From positions 4,861-68,860 of the IMG/VR virus record IMGVR_UViG_2599185271_000005: a stretch of 64,000 bases of DNA; one strand, written 5' to 3'. Below, one piece after another: positions 36,221-46,281 of the stretch (its first letter is position 1; every line of letters begins with the position of its first letter). The notes below the pieces were generated by a model, which saw only the letters and a program-made list of their open reading frames with translations, searched no databases and was not told the origin of the DNA. Source of the DNA: a virus. Lineage: Duplodnaviria > Caudoviricetes. The translations under genes and the position numbers were made by a program.

Positions 36221-37077
36221 TCAGGGTCCAGGGTATGGAGGGCCTGGGGGATTCGGTCTATCAGCGGGCGATCGTTCAAGCGCTGCTCGCCAAGGACCAC
36301 GTGCTGATCTCTACGCCGTGGCCCGAGTTGCTGAGCGATCTCGACGTGCAGTTCGCCCGAGCGGTCTCGCCGCTGCGGACGCAGGCAAAGAACATCGCGC
36401 GGCAGGAACCGGGCCGCTGGGCCGAGGATTCGAACGGGGCCGTGCAGGTCCGCATGCGTTATCACCTGAGCGCCACCGATGGTCTGCCGATGCTCGACGC
36501 GATGGGCGCCGCCGCCGGGCTGTCTGATATGCCGCGCTCCCTCACGCTGCCCCGGTCAGCGACCGTCTGGAATCGTGATCGGCCGATTGCGGTGGTCCGT
36601 CCGGTCACAGAGCGGGCGGAGTGGCCTGACCACGCCAGAAGCCCAGATCCTGGGTATGTGGGAACTGCGGCGCAGGCGCTGCGCTCTGCCGGCTTTCACG
36701 TGATCCTGGTCGCCGACATCGACGACGAGCACGAGCGCCTGGTTGGCGATCTGCCGGAGTTCGACGAGGCCTATCTCCGCGGCGAGTTGAGCGTTCAGGA
36801 TCTGGTCGACCTCATCCAGAGTGCGGCGTGCACCGTGGGTGGCGTTGGGTGGTTGCTGCCGTTCAGCATCGCGGCGTCTGTACCGCATCTCTGCGTCCTG
36901 GGCGGCCACGGCCACATGAACTGCCCTGAGGTGCTGGTGGGGCCAAACTTGGCGGCTGAGCGCGTCACGTTCGCGATGCCGGACGAGTTCTGCCGCTGCG
37001 ACAGCATGCGACATGACTGCAGCAAGTCGATCAGCGATTTCGACAGCCTCCTGCGCCTCTGGATGGCTGACCTGTGA
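36217..37077 (+). CDS. GT9-like glycosyltransferase
   Basis: GMEGLGDSVYQR, ELSV..L..LIQSA..VGGVGW..P.....VP...LGG. Confidence 0.75.
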   Translation: MIRVQGMEGLGDSVYQRAIVQALLAKDHVLISTPWPELLSDLDVQFARAVSPLRTQAKNIARQEPGRWAEDSNGAVQVRMRYHLSATDGLPMLDAMGAAAGLSDMPRSLTLPRSATVWNRDRPIAVVRPVTERAEWPDHARSPDPGYVGTAAQALRSAGFHVILVADIDDEHERLVGDLPEFDEAYLRGELSVQDLVDLIQSAACTVGGVGWLLPFSIAASVPHLCVLGGHGHMNCPEVLVGPNLAAERVTFAMPDEFCRCDSMRHDCSKSISDFDSLLRLWMADL

Positions 37078-37388
37078 GGAACCTCACGCAAACTGTGACG
37101 CGCTGGGCCCCAACAGGCACCGACGCGGCTGGAGACCCCATCGGCTACACCCGGACCGAGATCCTTGGCCGCTGGGAGGAGTCGCAGCAGCTTTTCACCC
37201 GGTCGGACGGGACTGAGGCGGTGTCTCGGGCGATCGTCTATCTGGCATCCGACGTCGCCGTCGGTGACTTCCTGCTCCAGGGCAGTTCGGTGTCGGCCTC
37301 GCCCCCTTCGACAGCGTGGCGTGTCGAGGCCTTCCGAAAGGTCGAGAACCTCCGCGGCACGGACAGCGAACGAAGGGCGATGCTCTGA
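37074..37388 (+). CDS. Head closure/stopper protein
   Basis: LTQTVTRW..D..GDP..RWEE...F...G....SRAIVY. Confidence 0.75.
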   Translation: MRNLTQTVTRWAPTGTDAAGDPIGYTRTEILGRWEESQQLFTRSDGTEAVSRAIVYLASDVAVGDFLLQGSSVSASPPSTAWRVEAFRKVENLRGTDSERRAML

Positions 37389-37783
37389 TGGCCCAGCCGG
37401 CGCTTGACCTCCTGAACCATCTGGCTGGCCTCGGACTGGATCTGACGGTCGGGACCAACGCGCTCTTGGGGCTGGTACGGCCGGCGGGAGACAGGGTGCC
37501 TCAAAACGCTCTGTTCGCAGCCGATGCCGGCGGGCCGGAGCCGCGCAACCGCGACGTCGCCAACACGGGCGAGTTGCGGGTCTCGATGGTCACACTTCGG
37601 CTTCGGTGGCGAGGAGCGGTCGCTGGCAGCACCAAGATCCACGCGATCCGCGATGCTCTTACCGCCACGTCGATCGCTGGTTACCAGGATGTGTCGGCCG
37701 CCGGTGAGCCCCGCCAGATGCCGGATGATGAGAACGGGTTGTCCATGTGGATGCTGGTCGCCCGGATGGTCCGCAGCGCGTGA
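37388..37783 (+). CDS. Tail terminator / minor structural protein
   Basis: Size and position in the head-tail module. Confidence 0.65.
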   Translation: MAQPALDLLNHLAGLGLDLTVGTNALLGLVRPAGDRVPQNALFAADAGGPEPRNRDVANTGELRVSMVTLRLRWRGAVAGSTKIHAIRDALTATSIAGYQDVSAAGEPRQMPDDENGLSMWMLVARMVRSA

Positions 37784-38226
37784 TGCTGAACGACCTCTCG
37801 GCGCTGGAGCGCCAGTTCGACGCAATGGTCCAGGAGCAGCTTCTCGACGCCGGTGCTGAGGCCATGCGCCTGGTGGTGTCGATGACGTTCAACATGATCG
37901 TCGACAACACCGTCGTCTGGTCAGGCTATGCGGCAGCGAACCAGCGCATCGCGATCGGAACCCTGGACGACGCCGAGCTCAACCCGAGGATCCGCCGCGG
38001 CAATCCGTATCCAGCCTCCGGTGAGTATGAAGGCCTCATCGAGCCGTCCAGGGCGCAGGAACTAGCGAAACTGGCCGACCTGCAGTTCGGTGAGGCCGTC
38101 GAGATCGGGACGGCAGTCGGCTACTTCCCAGACATCGGCTGGACCGAAGGTCTCGGCACCGACATCTACACCGAAGCCTCGATAGTCGGTCCCGAACTGG
38201 CCCAAGGCGCCTTCACCCAACCCTGA
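37783..38226 (+). CDS. Neck / tail-completion protein (HK97 gp10-like)
   Basis: NTVVWSGYAAAN resembles TPV.TG....N; position. Confidence 0.65.
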   Translation: MLNDLSALERQFDAMVQEQLLDAGAEAMRLVVSMTFNMIVDNTVVWSGYAAANQRIAIGTLDDAELNPRIRRGNPYPASGEYEGLIEPSRAQELAKLADLQFGEAVEIGTAVGYFPDIGWTEGLGTDIYTEASIVGPELAQGAFTQP

Positions 38227-38316
38227 TCCCCGCTCTAGCCGGGGCCTCGCCGTCCGCGCCCGCGGCGGCGCTTCACCGTGCCTGCTTAGCGGGCGAAAAC
38301 CGAAAGGAGCACAGCC

Positions 38317-38736
38317 ATGGGCACTCGTCTCGTCTGGACGAACGCCGAAGTGATCATCAACTCCACCGACCTGTCGGAGCAGGTCACGCAGGTGGCGCTG
38401 ACGGAAGGCTTCTCGCTGCAGAATAGTCCCTCCATGGGCGACGACACCGACCAGTCCGTCCAGGGACTGCGGCAGTTCTCCGGGACGATCACCTTTAACC
38501 AGTCGTTCGTCACCGGCGGTGTGGACGCCACGATCCGCGCGATCATGGCAAACCGCGGCTCCGTCCTGCTGGAGATCACGCCGGACAGCACCGTTGCGGT
38601 CGGCGCGGCGAACCCGAAGCGCCGGTGCCTCGTGGTGCTCGGCAACTACCAGCCGTACTCCGGCTCGGCTGGTCAGATTGCCACTGCGACCGTCGATTTC
38701 CAGGCGGCCGGAAACCTCTCCACCCTGACCTCGTAA
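38317..38736 (+). CDS. Major tail tube protein
   Basis: AAGGAG RBS; INSTDLS..V, GL.QFSGTITFNQ, GS.G..AT..V.F; non-contractile tail module. Confidence 0.85.
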   Translation: MGTRLVWTNAEVIINSTDLSEQVTQVALTEGFSLQNSPSMGDDTDQSVQGLRQFSGTITFNQSFVTGGVDATIRAIMANRGSVLLEITPDSTVAVGAANPKRRCLVVLGNYQPYSGSAGQIATATVDFQAAGNLSTLTS

Positions 38737-38742
38737 TCCAAA

Positions 38743-38775
38743 CCGGCCGCGCTACTCAGCCGCGGCCGGCTTTCC
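38743..38775 (+). terminator. Hairpin after the tail tube gene
   Basis: CCGGCCGCG-N9-CGCGGCCGG followed by CTTTC. Confidence 0.5.
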
Positions 38776-38791
38776 TCTGAGGAGCGCGACC

Positions 38792-39235
38792 ATGAAGTTC
38801 AGCGAGTTCAAGACGGACATCGAGAAGGAAGCCGAAGGCGTCTGGCACACGATCGGCTACAACGAAGACGAGTCCCCGGTGCGGATCAAGGTCGCCCGGC
38901 TCGGCAATTCCGCATGGCTGAAAGCCTACAACAAGATTCCGCCGGCCATCCGCGACGCGGCCCAAAAGGGCACGCTGAGCGGGCCCATGGAGGTGTCCTA
39001 CGATAAGCAGGCCGCCCGGTGCACAGCGGAGCATGTGCTCGTGGATTGGCAGGGCTTCACCGACGAGGAAGGCAACAACCTCCCCTACAGCGTCGATACT
39101 GCCGCCGCGATCCTGGCCGACCCTGAGCACCGCCCGTTCCGCAACCTCGTCACCCGTTTTGCCCAGGACGACGACGCCTACCGAGCGAAGGCGGTCGAAG
39201 CCAAGGGAAAAGCTACGCGGGGCTCGTCGAAGTAA
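38792..39235 (+). CDS. Tail assembly chaperone (G-like)
   Basis: KEAEGVW, IKVARLGN, VLVDWQG...G..LPYS; slippery site near the 3' end. Confidence 0.88.
   Translation: MKFSEFKTDIEKEAEGVWHTIGYNEDESPVRIKVARLGNSAWLKAYNKIPPAIRDAAQKGTLSGPMEVSYDKQAARCTAEHVLVDWQGFTDEEGNNLPYSVDTAAAILADPEHRPFRNLVTRFAQDDDAYRAKAVEAKGKATRGSSK
39205..39211 (+). other. -1 programmed ribosomal frameshift site GGGAAAA
   Basis: G GGA AAA in the G frame; the -1 frame is open from here into ORF 39316..39576. Confidence 0.88.
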
Positions 39236-39576
39236 CGCTTCACTACGGAGCGTACGAGGATCCAGTCGGGGAGCACGCCCGGCGCCTGCTGACTGAGTCC
39301 AATCGGGTCGGCAGGATGGATCCTCGGCTCGAGACCCTGGAACGCCCAGATCCATACGACTGGATCTGGCGCGGCTTCTGGCGGTGCTCGATGAGACGGC
39401 CCCGGGCCATCACACCGAACGGCAAGGTCTTCCCGTTGGAGATTCCAGTATCCGAACTGATCGCCTACGCCCACGGGATCGGCATCGTCGCCCCAGATGC
39501 GATCGACGAGTTCATCACGGTCGCGGATGCGATGGACAGGGCCTACCTGGAATACAGCCGGGCGCTGCTGAGGTGA
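39205..39576 (+). CDS. Tail assembly chaperone T part (G-T fusion)
   Basis: -1 frame GKSYAGLVEVTLHYG...WIWRGFW..S..R...IP.SE..AY....MDRAYL. Confidence 0.8.
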   Translation, partial: GKSYAGLVEVTLHYGAYEDPVGEHARRLLTESNRVGRMDPRLETLERPDPYDWIWRGFWRCSMRRPRAITPNGKVFPLEIPVSELIAYAHGIGIVAPDAIDEFITVADAMDRAYLEYSRALLR

Positions 39577-39618
39577 CGCGAAACAGCACCGCGCAGCAGC
39601 GCCTTGTGGTGTTATGGC

Positions 39619-39939
39619 TTACTGAATTGGCTGACAAGACCGGATTTCAGCAGCCAAAACATCTACCGAATCGCGATAACGCTGAAGCGCTTCAATGACT
39701 GCAGCCTTGGCAACTCGCTCTCGTTCAATAGCTCCGTCCGAAATCGCGATGTTGAGTGTTCTAGTCGGTTCGTAAGGGCTGGTCAGCGATTCAACGAGGT
39801 CGATCATGTCGTTGAAGCCGTCGGCGACCTTCTGAGACTTCGCTGCGAAATTCCGACAATCGTCGGGCTGAGGCTGAGTAGCGCTCGCCGGAGCGGCAAA
39901 GAGCCCAATCAGCACAACAATTCTGATCATGGTTGTCAT
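39619..39939 (-). CDS. Moron: exported protein with signal peptide
   Basis: GGAGG RBS, MTTMIRIVVLIGLFAAPASA signal, opposite strand, lower GC. Confidence 0.7.
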   Translation of the reverse strand: MTTMIRIVVLIGLFAAPASATQPQPDDCRNFAAKSQKVADGFNDMIDLVESLTSPYEPTRTLNIAISDGAIERERVAKAAVIEALQRYRDSVDVLAAEIRSCQPIQ

Positions 39940-40021
39940 GGCGCCCTCCTAAATGGCGGCGCCAGCGTGAATGACAAGTCACCGCGTTGCAACTCGTGGT
40001 GGCTGTTCATGGGAGGTCTCT

Positions 40022-43000
40022 ATGACGACCCCTACAGTCAAACTCCGCTTCGAGACCGAGAACGACGACGCCGCTCTGCGTCGCACCGACGAAATGCGTG
40101 CGGCGATGGTTTCGGCGGCTCGGGCCGCGAACGACATGCAGCAGGCTTACGCGCGGGCGGCGAGCGGCAGCAGCGGCATGCGGGAAGCCAGCATCGCTGC
40201 GGAGCAGACTGCAAATGCGACCAAGAATGTGACTGCGAACGCACGTTCCGCAGAGGCGGCAGTGCGACGCCAGGAGGCTGCGGTAGCATCGGCCACCAAT
40301 CGAATTATGGCGTTTGGCAATACCATTAAGAATTCCGCGGCAGCGTCGGCGGACCAACAGAAAGCGATCGAACGTTCAGCGGCAGAACTCAATCGCTACT
40401 CTAATGCCGTCCGAGAGACAAGCGGCAGAGCGGACGAGATCCGACAAAAGACAACTTTGTTCTCTCGCGCGCTCATTGAACAGCAAGGGGCGCTTCAGGC
40501 GGCGCAGCGAGAGGAGCGTGCTAGGCAGGCAGCAATGAAGGAGGCCGAGCGTGCCTCCGATGCCGCCGCACGAGCCGCCGCAAAAGCTAACGATGAATAT
40601 CTGCGGTCTGCCCTAGCGAACAAGTCGGCCGCTCAAAGTGCCGCGGTTTTTGAAAGCGCCTTCAAGCGACAAGAGACAGCAATAGCAACTGCTGAGCGCC
40701 AGGTCACCGCCTACTCTGCCGCCGTCCAAAGATCTAATTTGGGGCAGCAGGAGCAGGCACGCCTCATTCAGGCGGTTCAGAACCAGTACACAGCCTATGC
40801 GACAACTATTCAGCGCACCGGTGCCAGCCAATTGGCTGCCTCGACTGCCACGAACCAGTGGCGGTCCTCAATCCAGGGACTGCAGGTCGAACTTCAGAAC
40901 CTGAAGTTGCAAGAGCACGCCGCCAGCATGCAGCGCTTCCACAGCATGGCAGCAAGTGGTGGTCGTGCATTTGGCGGCTATGGACTGGTGCTCCAGCAAG
41001 TCGGCTTCCAGGCGGCAGACATGGCCGTCCAGTTGCAGATGGGTACGAGTTTTATTCAAACTCTTACACAGCAGGGAAGTCAGCTTCTCGGGTTCTTTGG
41101 CCCACTTGGCGCCGTGCTTGGCGCTGTTGGTGCAGTCGCCGGCGCGACAGCGCTATACTTCATGAATTCGAGCGATGCCCTCGCAGACACCGCGGAATCC
41201 GCTGTAGGGGCTGAGGATGCGCTTCGTGAGTATGAGCGCACGCTTGCTTCGGTCCAGGGGCGATCACAGGATTTCGAAGCCAGCCTGAGGGACGCGAACC
41301 AGGAACTGAAATCTCAGCAAGTCCTGGTTCTCGAGGCCGCTCTTCAGACCGCCGATCAGAAGATGGCAGAGACGGCGGCAGAGGCCGAGCGCATTACAGG
41401 GCTCGTCAACGGGCTAAGAGCGAATGTCGCGGCTTCGGGCGGGGCGGTGCCGACGCCGATCAAGAATGTGCTGGCGGAGTACGAACGGCAGCAGGCTCGT
41501 CTGAACGAGGAATACGATGCTCAGGCGGCAGTAATTGATGACCTGACGGCGCGGCTCGGCATTCTGAGGGACACCCGCGCGAACGACAATTCCGAGACGT
41601 CGACCACGATCGCCACCCTTCAGGAGCAGGTGAAGTTCCAGCAGGCGCTGGCGACCGCCTACCAGGCCGGCGCCAAAGCTGTTCGCGAGGCCCGCGTCGA
41701 GCAGGCGATCTTCGAAGAGCAGACAAAGGCCAACGTCTCGGCGACCAGTGACGAGGGGAAGGAGATCGCCCGCCTCGTCCGGCAGAAGATGGATCTGACC
41801 GAGGCGAATGATAATTCGGCCAAGGCCGCATCTGACGCCGCAGCGGAGACGAAGCGCCAGGAGCAGGAAGCCGCCCGCCTGAACGAGCGTCGCACGGAGA
41901 CGATCGAGGAGCTTCAGGACGAGCTCCGGTATCAAGAAGACCTCCGCCGCGCCCATGACGAAGGAACGGACGCGATCAACGCCGTCACGGACGCCCGTGA
42001 GGCCGAACTCATCGTTCAGCAATTGAAGCTGAGGGGCACTGAGATCGAGGCCGGTCTGATACGTGAACTGGTCGCTCAGATCAACGCTCAAGAGCGCGCG
42101 ATCCAGCAGAAGATCGCAAAGGACCGAGAGTCCGAGCAAGCAGCGGAAAAGTCGGCCAAGGCCCAGGAGAAGGCGGCCGAGGAGGTGGAAAAGGCCTACG
42201 AAAAGACCTTCTCCAACATCCGCGACTTCTCCGAGGAGGCTCTCGGCGACAGCTTCTACGACATGCTGCGGGGCGAGACGGTGGACTTTGCGGAGTTCAT
42301 GGAGACGACGCTCCTGCGGGCTATCGCGAACGTGGCTGCTGCCGCGGCTACGCAGACGATCGTCATGCCGATCGCGACGTCCGTTGTTGGCGGCATGCCT
42401 GGGCTGTTCGGTCTGCCGGCAGCGGCGAATCAGAACAGCGGTGGCCTCGGCTCGCTGTTCGGTGGGCAAGGAGGGTTTAACCCACTGTCGGCGCTGAACT
42501 TCATCGGCGACAGCGTGACCCAAGGCATTGGCGGCATCGTCTCCAGCATCTTCCCCGCCCAGTCGGCGGCTGCGGGAGCTTCCATCTTCGGTGCTGAGGC
42601 TGGTATTGCCGCTCAGGGCGCAATGCAGGCGGCCGGCGGCGCTCAACTGCTGAGCAGCGTGGCCGGGCCAGCGGCACTGGCTGCTATGGCTGCTTTCACG
42701 GCCTACCAGATGGGTCTGATCGGCCCCGGTCCGACGTCCGGGCCGGTCGGTATCGCTGACTTCTCGCCTGGTCTTGGCCGTGACCTGCAGTTCGGTCCGA
42801 ACGCGGTCAACCCGCTCGAGTTCCTGACGGCAGACAATGGCGGCAACGCTGAGTCCATGCGTCCGATCGCTGAGGCGATTGCGGAGATCATTGCAAACTC
42901 GGCCGACCGGTTCAGTGCGACGATCGACGAGTCCCTGCGGTTCCGTGTGGCGAGCTATGCCAGCCCGGAGGACGGCAATAGCAAGGACCGGGTTGCCGGC

Positions 43001-44689
43001 TTTGAGGTTAATGCTTTCATCCGTGGCGAGGCTGAGAAGCGTATAGCCGAAGGTCTCAGCCAGACGGATGCGATCTTCGAGGCGTTCAACTTCGCTATCA
43101 AGGAGGCGTTCACTTTTGAGAACGCCGACCTGCAAACCGTTGCCCGCAACACGGTCGCGACCACGGTCGAAGGCCTGCTGTCCGATCTCGATTTTGGCGA
43201 GACGTTCCGGTCTATGTTCGCCCCTGTTCTGGATGCTGCTGGTCCGCTGGAGACCGCGCTCGACCAGATGTCGGACGCGTTCGACGAGGCGAAGAAGCGC
43301 GCGGAGGCCCTGGGGCTCACCACGGACGATCTAAGCCGGAACTTCGCGGCGGCCAACGACAACATGAAGGAGGCCTTCCGCGCCAGCCTGGGCGCGGAGG
43401 CTGCCGGCGTTGGCGGTCAGTTCGGCCAGATCATGGCGCTGGCTACCGAGCTTGATCAGCTCTCGAAGGACGCGGCGATCGCCGGGGTTTCGGCTGAGAC
43501 CCTCGCCACGGTGATCGACGGCCGCCTGACTGCCGCCGTTGCCGGCCTGACTTCCGGCGAGATCCAGTCTCTGATCAACGCGCTGTCCGAGGTGAAGGGC
43601 CAGGTGCAGGGCGCTGACCTTGCCATGGGCGGCCTGATCGATGCTCGCGCTGCTGCCGAAGAGCGGCAGATGTACGACGCGCTGATCTACGAGCAGACCA
43701 TGCGCGTGGAAGCGCTGGAGTTGGAGAAGGACGCCCTCGACGCGGTGTCGTCCGCGGCCAGCCGGTTTGGCCGTGTTCTGCGGCAGACGGCGCAGGGCCT
43801 GCTGACGGATCCCGAGTTCTCCCCGCTGTCCGCCCTTGACCGGGTTAACGAGGCGCGATCCCAGTTCGAGAGCGCCCTCGCGCTGGCCAATGACGGCACA
43901 CCCTTCGACACGCTGTCGCAGGACGCGATCGACCGGCTGCCGGACCTGTCCCGTACGCTGCTGGAGGCGTCGCGCGCCTACTATGCCAGCAGTGAGGGAT
44001 ACCTGCGCGACTTCGCTCTGGTCCAGAAGGCCTTGAACTCGACCGCTGCGTCGCTTGAGACGATTGAGCAGCAGCAGTTGAGCCAACTCACCTCGATCGA
44101 CACGCGCCTGGCGGCGGCGGTGACGGCTCTGGAAAATCTGCGCATCGTCGCGGCCGGCGGCACACCGAACACCGGCGCCGCCGGCGGCTCTTCTGGTTCG
44201 GTCGGATCTTCTGTCGCCGCACCGGACTCCATTGGCGGTGGGACGATCAATGCCGACCAGTTCATCAGCAGGCAGAACGCCTATCTGACGAACAACCCCG
44301 ACGTGGCTGCCGGCATCGAAGCCGGTTGGTTCGCCAGCGGGTATGACCACTGGCTGAAGGCGGGTCAGTTTGAGGATGGACGCCAGGGGTTCGCCACGGG
44401 TGGGTCGTTCACGGTCGGCGGTGCTGCTGGCAACGACAACCTGATGATGCCGCGGGTCCGCGTGACCGCCGGCGAGGTGGTCAACGTCTCCCGACAGGAC
44501 AACATGGCGGCTATGGCGGAGGAACTTCGGGCGCTGCGCCGCGACAACGCCGAGCTTTTCCGGCAGCTGACGCAGGTCACCGCCACCGGTTCGGTTCGTG
44601 TCATAGGAGCCTTGCAGGAGGGCAACGCTACTCAGAAGCGCATGGCCTCCACCGCTGAGCGAAACGCTGCGAAGCCGGCCGCCGCATGA
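40022..44689 (+). CDS. Tail tape measure protein
   Basis: About 1555 aa, Ala-rich helical; GFQAADMAVQLQMG..QQGSQL motif; C-terminal FATGGSF.VGG..GE.V.V. Confidence 0.95.
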   Translation: MTTPTVKLRFETENDDAALRRTDEMRAAMVSAARAANDMQQAYARAASGSSGMREASIAAEQTANATKNVTANARSAEAAVRRQEAAVASATNRIMAFGNTIKNSAAASADQQKAIERSAAELNRYSNAVRETSGRADEIRQKTTLFSRALIEQQGALQAAQREERARQAAMKEAERASDAAARAAAKANDEYLRSALANKSAAQSAAVFESAFKRQETAIATAERQVTAYSAAVQRSNLGQQEQARLIQAVQNQYTAYATTIQRTGASQLAASTATNQWRSSIQGLQVELQNLKLQEHAASMQRFHSMAASGGRAFGGYGLVLQQVGFQAADMAVQLQMGTSFIQTLTQQGSQLLGFFGPLGAVLGAVGAVAGATALYFMNSSDALADTAESAVGAEDALREYERTLASVQGRSQDFEASLRDANQELKSQQVLVLEAALQTADQKMAETAAEAERITGLVNGLRANVAASGGAVPTPIKNVLAEYERQQARLNEEYDAQAAVIDDLTARLGILRDTRANDNSETSTTIATLQEQVKFQQALATAYQAGAKAVREARVEQAIFEEQTKANVSATSDEGKEIARLVRQKMDLTEANDNSAKAASDAAAETKRQEQEAARLNERRTETIEELQDELRYQEDLRRAHDEGTDAINAVTDAREAELIVQQLKLRGTEIEAGLIRELVAQINAQERAIQQKIAKDRESEQAAEKSAKAQEKAAEEVEKAYEKTFSNIRDFSEEALGDSFYDMLRGETVDFAEFMETTLLRAIANVAAAAATQTIVMPIATSVVGGMPGLFGLPAAANQNSGGLGSLFGGQGGFNPLSALNFIGDSVTQGIGGIVSSIFPAQSAAAGASIFGAEAGIAAQGAMQAAGGAQLLSSVAGPAALAAMAAFTAYQMGLIGPGPTSGPVGIADFSPGLGRDLQFGPNAVNPLEFLTADNGGNAESMRPIAEAIAEIIANSADRFSATIDESLRFRVASYASPEDGNSKDRVAGFEVNAFIRGEAEKRIAEGLSQTDAIFEAFNFAIKEAFTFENADLQTVARNTVATTVEGLLSDLDFGETFRSMFAPVLDAAGPLETALDQMSDAFDEAKKRAEALGLTTDDLSRNFAAANDNMKEAFRASLGAEAAGVGGQFGQIMALATELDQLSKDAAIAGVSAETLATVIDGRLTAAVAGLTSGEIQSLINALSEVKGQVQGADLAMGGLIDARAAAEERQMYDALIYEQTMRVEALELEKDALDAVSSAASRFGRVLRQTAQGLLTDPEFSPLSALDRVNEARSQFESALALANDGTPFDTLSQDAIDRLPDLSRTLLEASRAYYASSEGYLRDFALVQKALNSTAASLETIEQQQLSQLTSIDTRLAAAVTALENLRIVAAGGTPNTGAAGGSSGSVGSSVAAPDSIGGGTINADQFISRQNAYLTNNPDVAAGIEAGWFASGYDHWLKAGQFEDGRQGFATGGSFTVGGAAGNDNLMMPRVRVTAGEVVNVSRQDNMAAMAEELRALRRDNAELFRQLTQVTATGSVRVIGALQEGNATQKRMASTAERNAAKPAAA

Positions 44690-46278
44690 GCATGTACGTG
44701 CTGCAGCAGACCGCTGCAACGGACACAGACGGCGGCTCTCGGACCTGGACGTTCTCGACGCATGACATCGTCGGCCTGCCTGCGGGATGGGAGCCGCGGA
44801 TCATTAAGGCCGGGAACTTCGAGCGGCACGCCTTCGGCAGGGGGTCGGTGACCGGCGCCCCGGACGTGGACTTCGGTGTCTCAAAGCTGAACAACCGAAA
44901 CGGCGGCTTGGACGATCTGCAGCTGGCCGGCGTGGACGGGCAACTGATCCGGCTATGGCGCGGCCAGCCCCTGTCTTTCATCGATGCGGTGACCGGCCGG
45001 GCCCGAGACCCCGAGTTCAGCGAGATGGACCTCTACCTGGAGGGCACCACCGCACTGTCGACTTATGCGGACGGAGTGATCGAACTCCAACTTCGCAACC
45101 GGCAGGCTGAGGTGGCATCGCTCCCCGTCCAGATCCTGCGCTATGCCGGCGACAATGCGCTGCCCGACGGCGTCGAAGGCACGGCCGACGACCTGAAGGA
45201 CGCCTATAAGCCGATCTGGCTGGGCTACAACGAGAACGTCCCGGTTCTGTTCGTCAACACGTCGAAGCGGATTTGGCAGCTCTCCGACAATTCCACGATC
45301 CCGATTTCCGGCGCGGCGCCCACCACGATCTACGACAAGGGCGTCGTCCTCACGGCCACGAAGGTCCAGAAGAACACCTGGGCCGACTTCACCCACGCCA
45401 CGGGGCCCTCGAGCGAGATCTGGTGGTACTTCGGGCCTGAGGGCTGGTTTATCCGCCTGGAGTCCAACCCGGCCGGCACGATCACCGTCACCGCGCAGGA
45501 AGGGTCGGCCGCCACCACAACAGCGGGTCAGCTGAGCCGGCGCATCCTCCTTGCCCGCGGTGTCGCAGATGGCAGCATCGCCGGTGTCGACGAGCTGGAC
45601 GCGGTGTCTCCGGAGGCCATCGGCATCTGGATCGGCACTCAGGAACGCTCGATAGGCTCTGTCCTCGGGGACATCCTCGCCGGCGCATTCGGAACCTGGA
45701 CTGACGATCGCAGCGGTGTCTTCACGTTCGCGCGGCTGGAGAAGCCGGCGCTTGAAGCGGACCACACGTTTGAGCGCTCGCAGCTGTACCGGCGCAGCGG
45801 CGAGGGCTTTCGGATCCTATCCGGCTCTGAGCCGGGAAGCCCGCTTCCGATATCCGAGGGCGTGGTGCTGTACCGCCGGAACTGGACCGTCCAGGCCGGG
45901 GACGATCTCGCCGGCAGTGCGACGAATGCGTTTCGGGCCTTTGCGGCTGAGGAAAACAGGCGGGTCGCGAACGACAACTCGCAGATCAAGGTCAAGCACC
46001 GCCTCGCCCGGCCGTTCGAGCGCAAGACGCTCTTCACGACTGCCGCTCAGGCAACGACGGCCGCCGCCCGCATCGTCGATCTCTTCGGGGTTCGACGCTT
46101 CATCGTCGAGGTCGATCTGCCGACCGAAGCCGCAGCCGCAGTGAAGCTGCTGCAGACCATCTCAATCCCGATCGGCCGGTTCGACTGGGACACCCGGAAC
46201 TTTCGGGTGGTCGGCATCATCGACGACCTCGACGAGCAGACCGACGCGTCCGTAACCACTCTCATTCTGTGGGGATAA
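44686..46278 (+). CDS. Tail tip / minor tail protein
   Basis: YAGDN...GVEG..DL...KP...G...NVP; follows the TMP. Confidence 0.8.
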   Translation: MSMYVLQQTAATDTDGGSRTWTFSTHDIVGLPAGWEPRIIKAGNFERHAFGRGSVTGAPDVDFGVSKLNNRNGGLDDLQLAGVDGQLIRLWRGQPLSFIDAVTGRARDPEFSEMDLYLEGTTALSTYADGVIELQLRNRQAEVASLPVQILRYAGDNALPDGVEGTADDLKDAYKPIWLGYNENVPVLFVNTSKRIWQLSDNSTIPISGAAPTTIYDKGVVLTATKVQKNTWADFTHATGPSSEIWWYFGPEGWFIRLESNPAGTITVTAQEGSAATTTAGQLSRRILLARGVADGSIAGVDELDAVSPEAIGIWIGTQERSIGSVLGDILAGAFGTWTDDRSGVFTFARLEKPALEADHTFERSQLYRRSGEGFRILSGSEPGSPLPISEGVVLYRRNWTVQAGDDLAGSATNAFRAFAAEENRRVANDNSQIKVKHRLARPFERKTLFTTAAQATTAAARIVDLFGVRRFIVEVDLPTEAAAAVKLLQTISIPIGRFDWDTRNFRVVGIIDDLDEQTDASVTTLILWG

Positions 46279-46281
46279 GCC

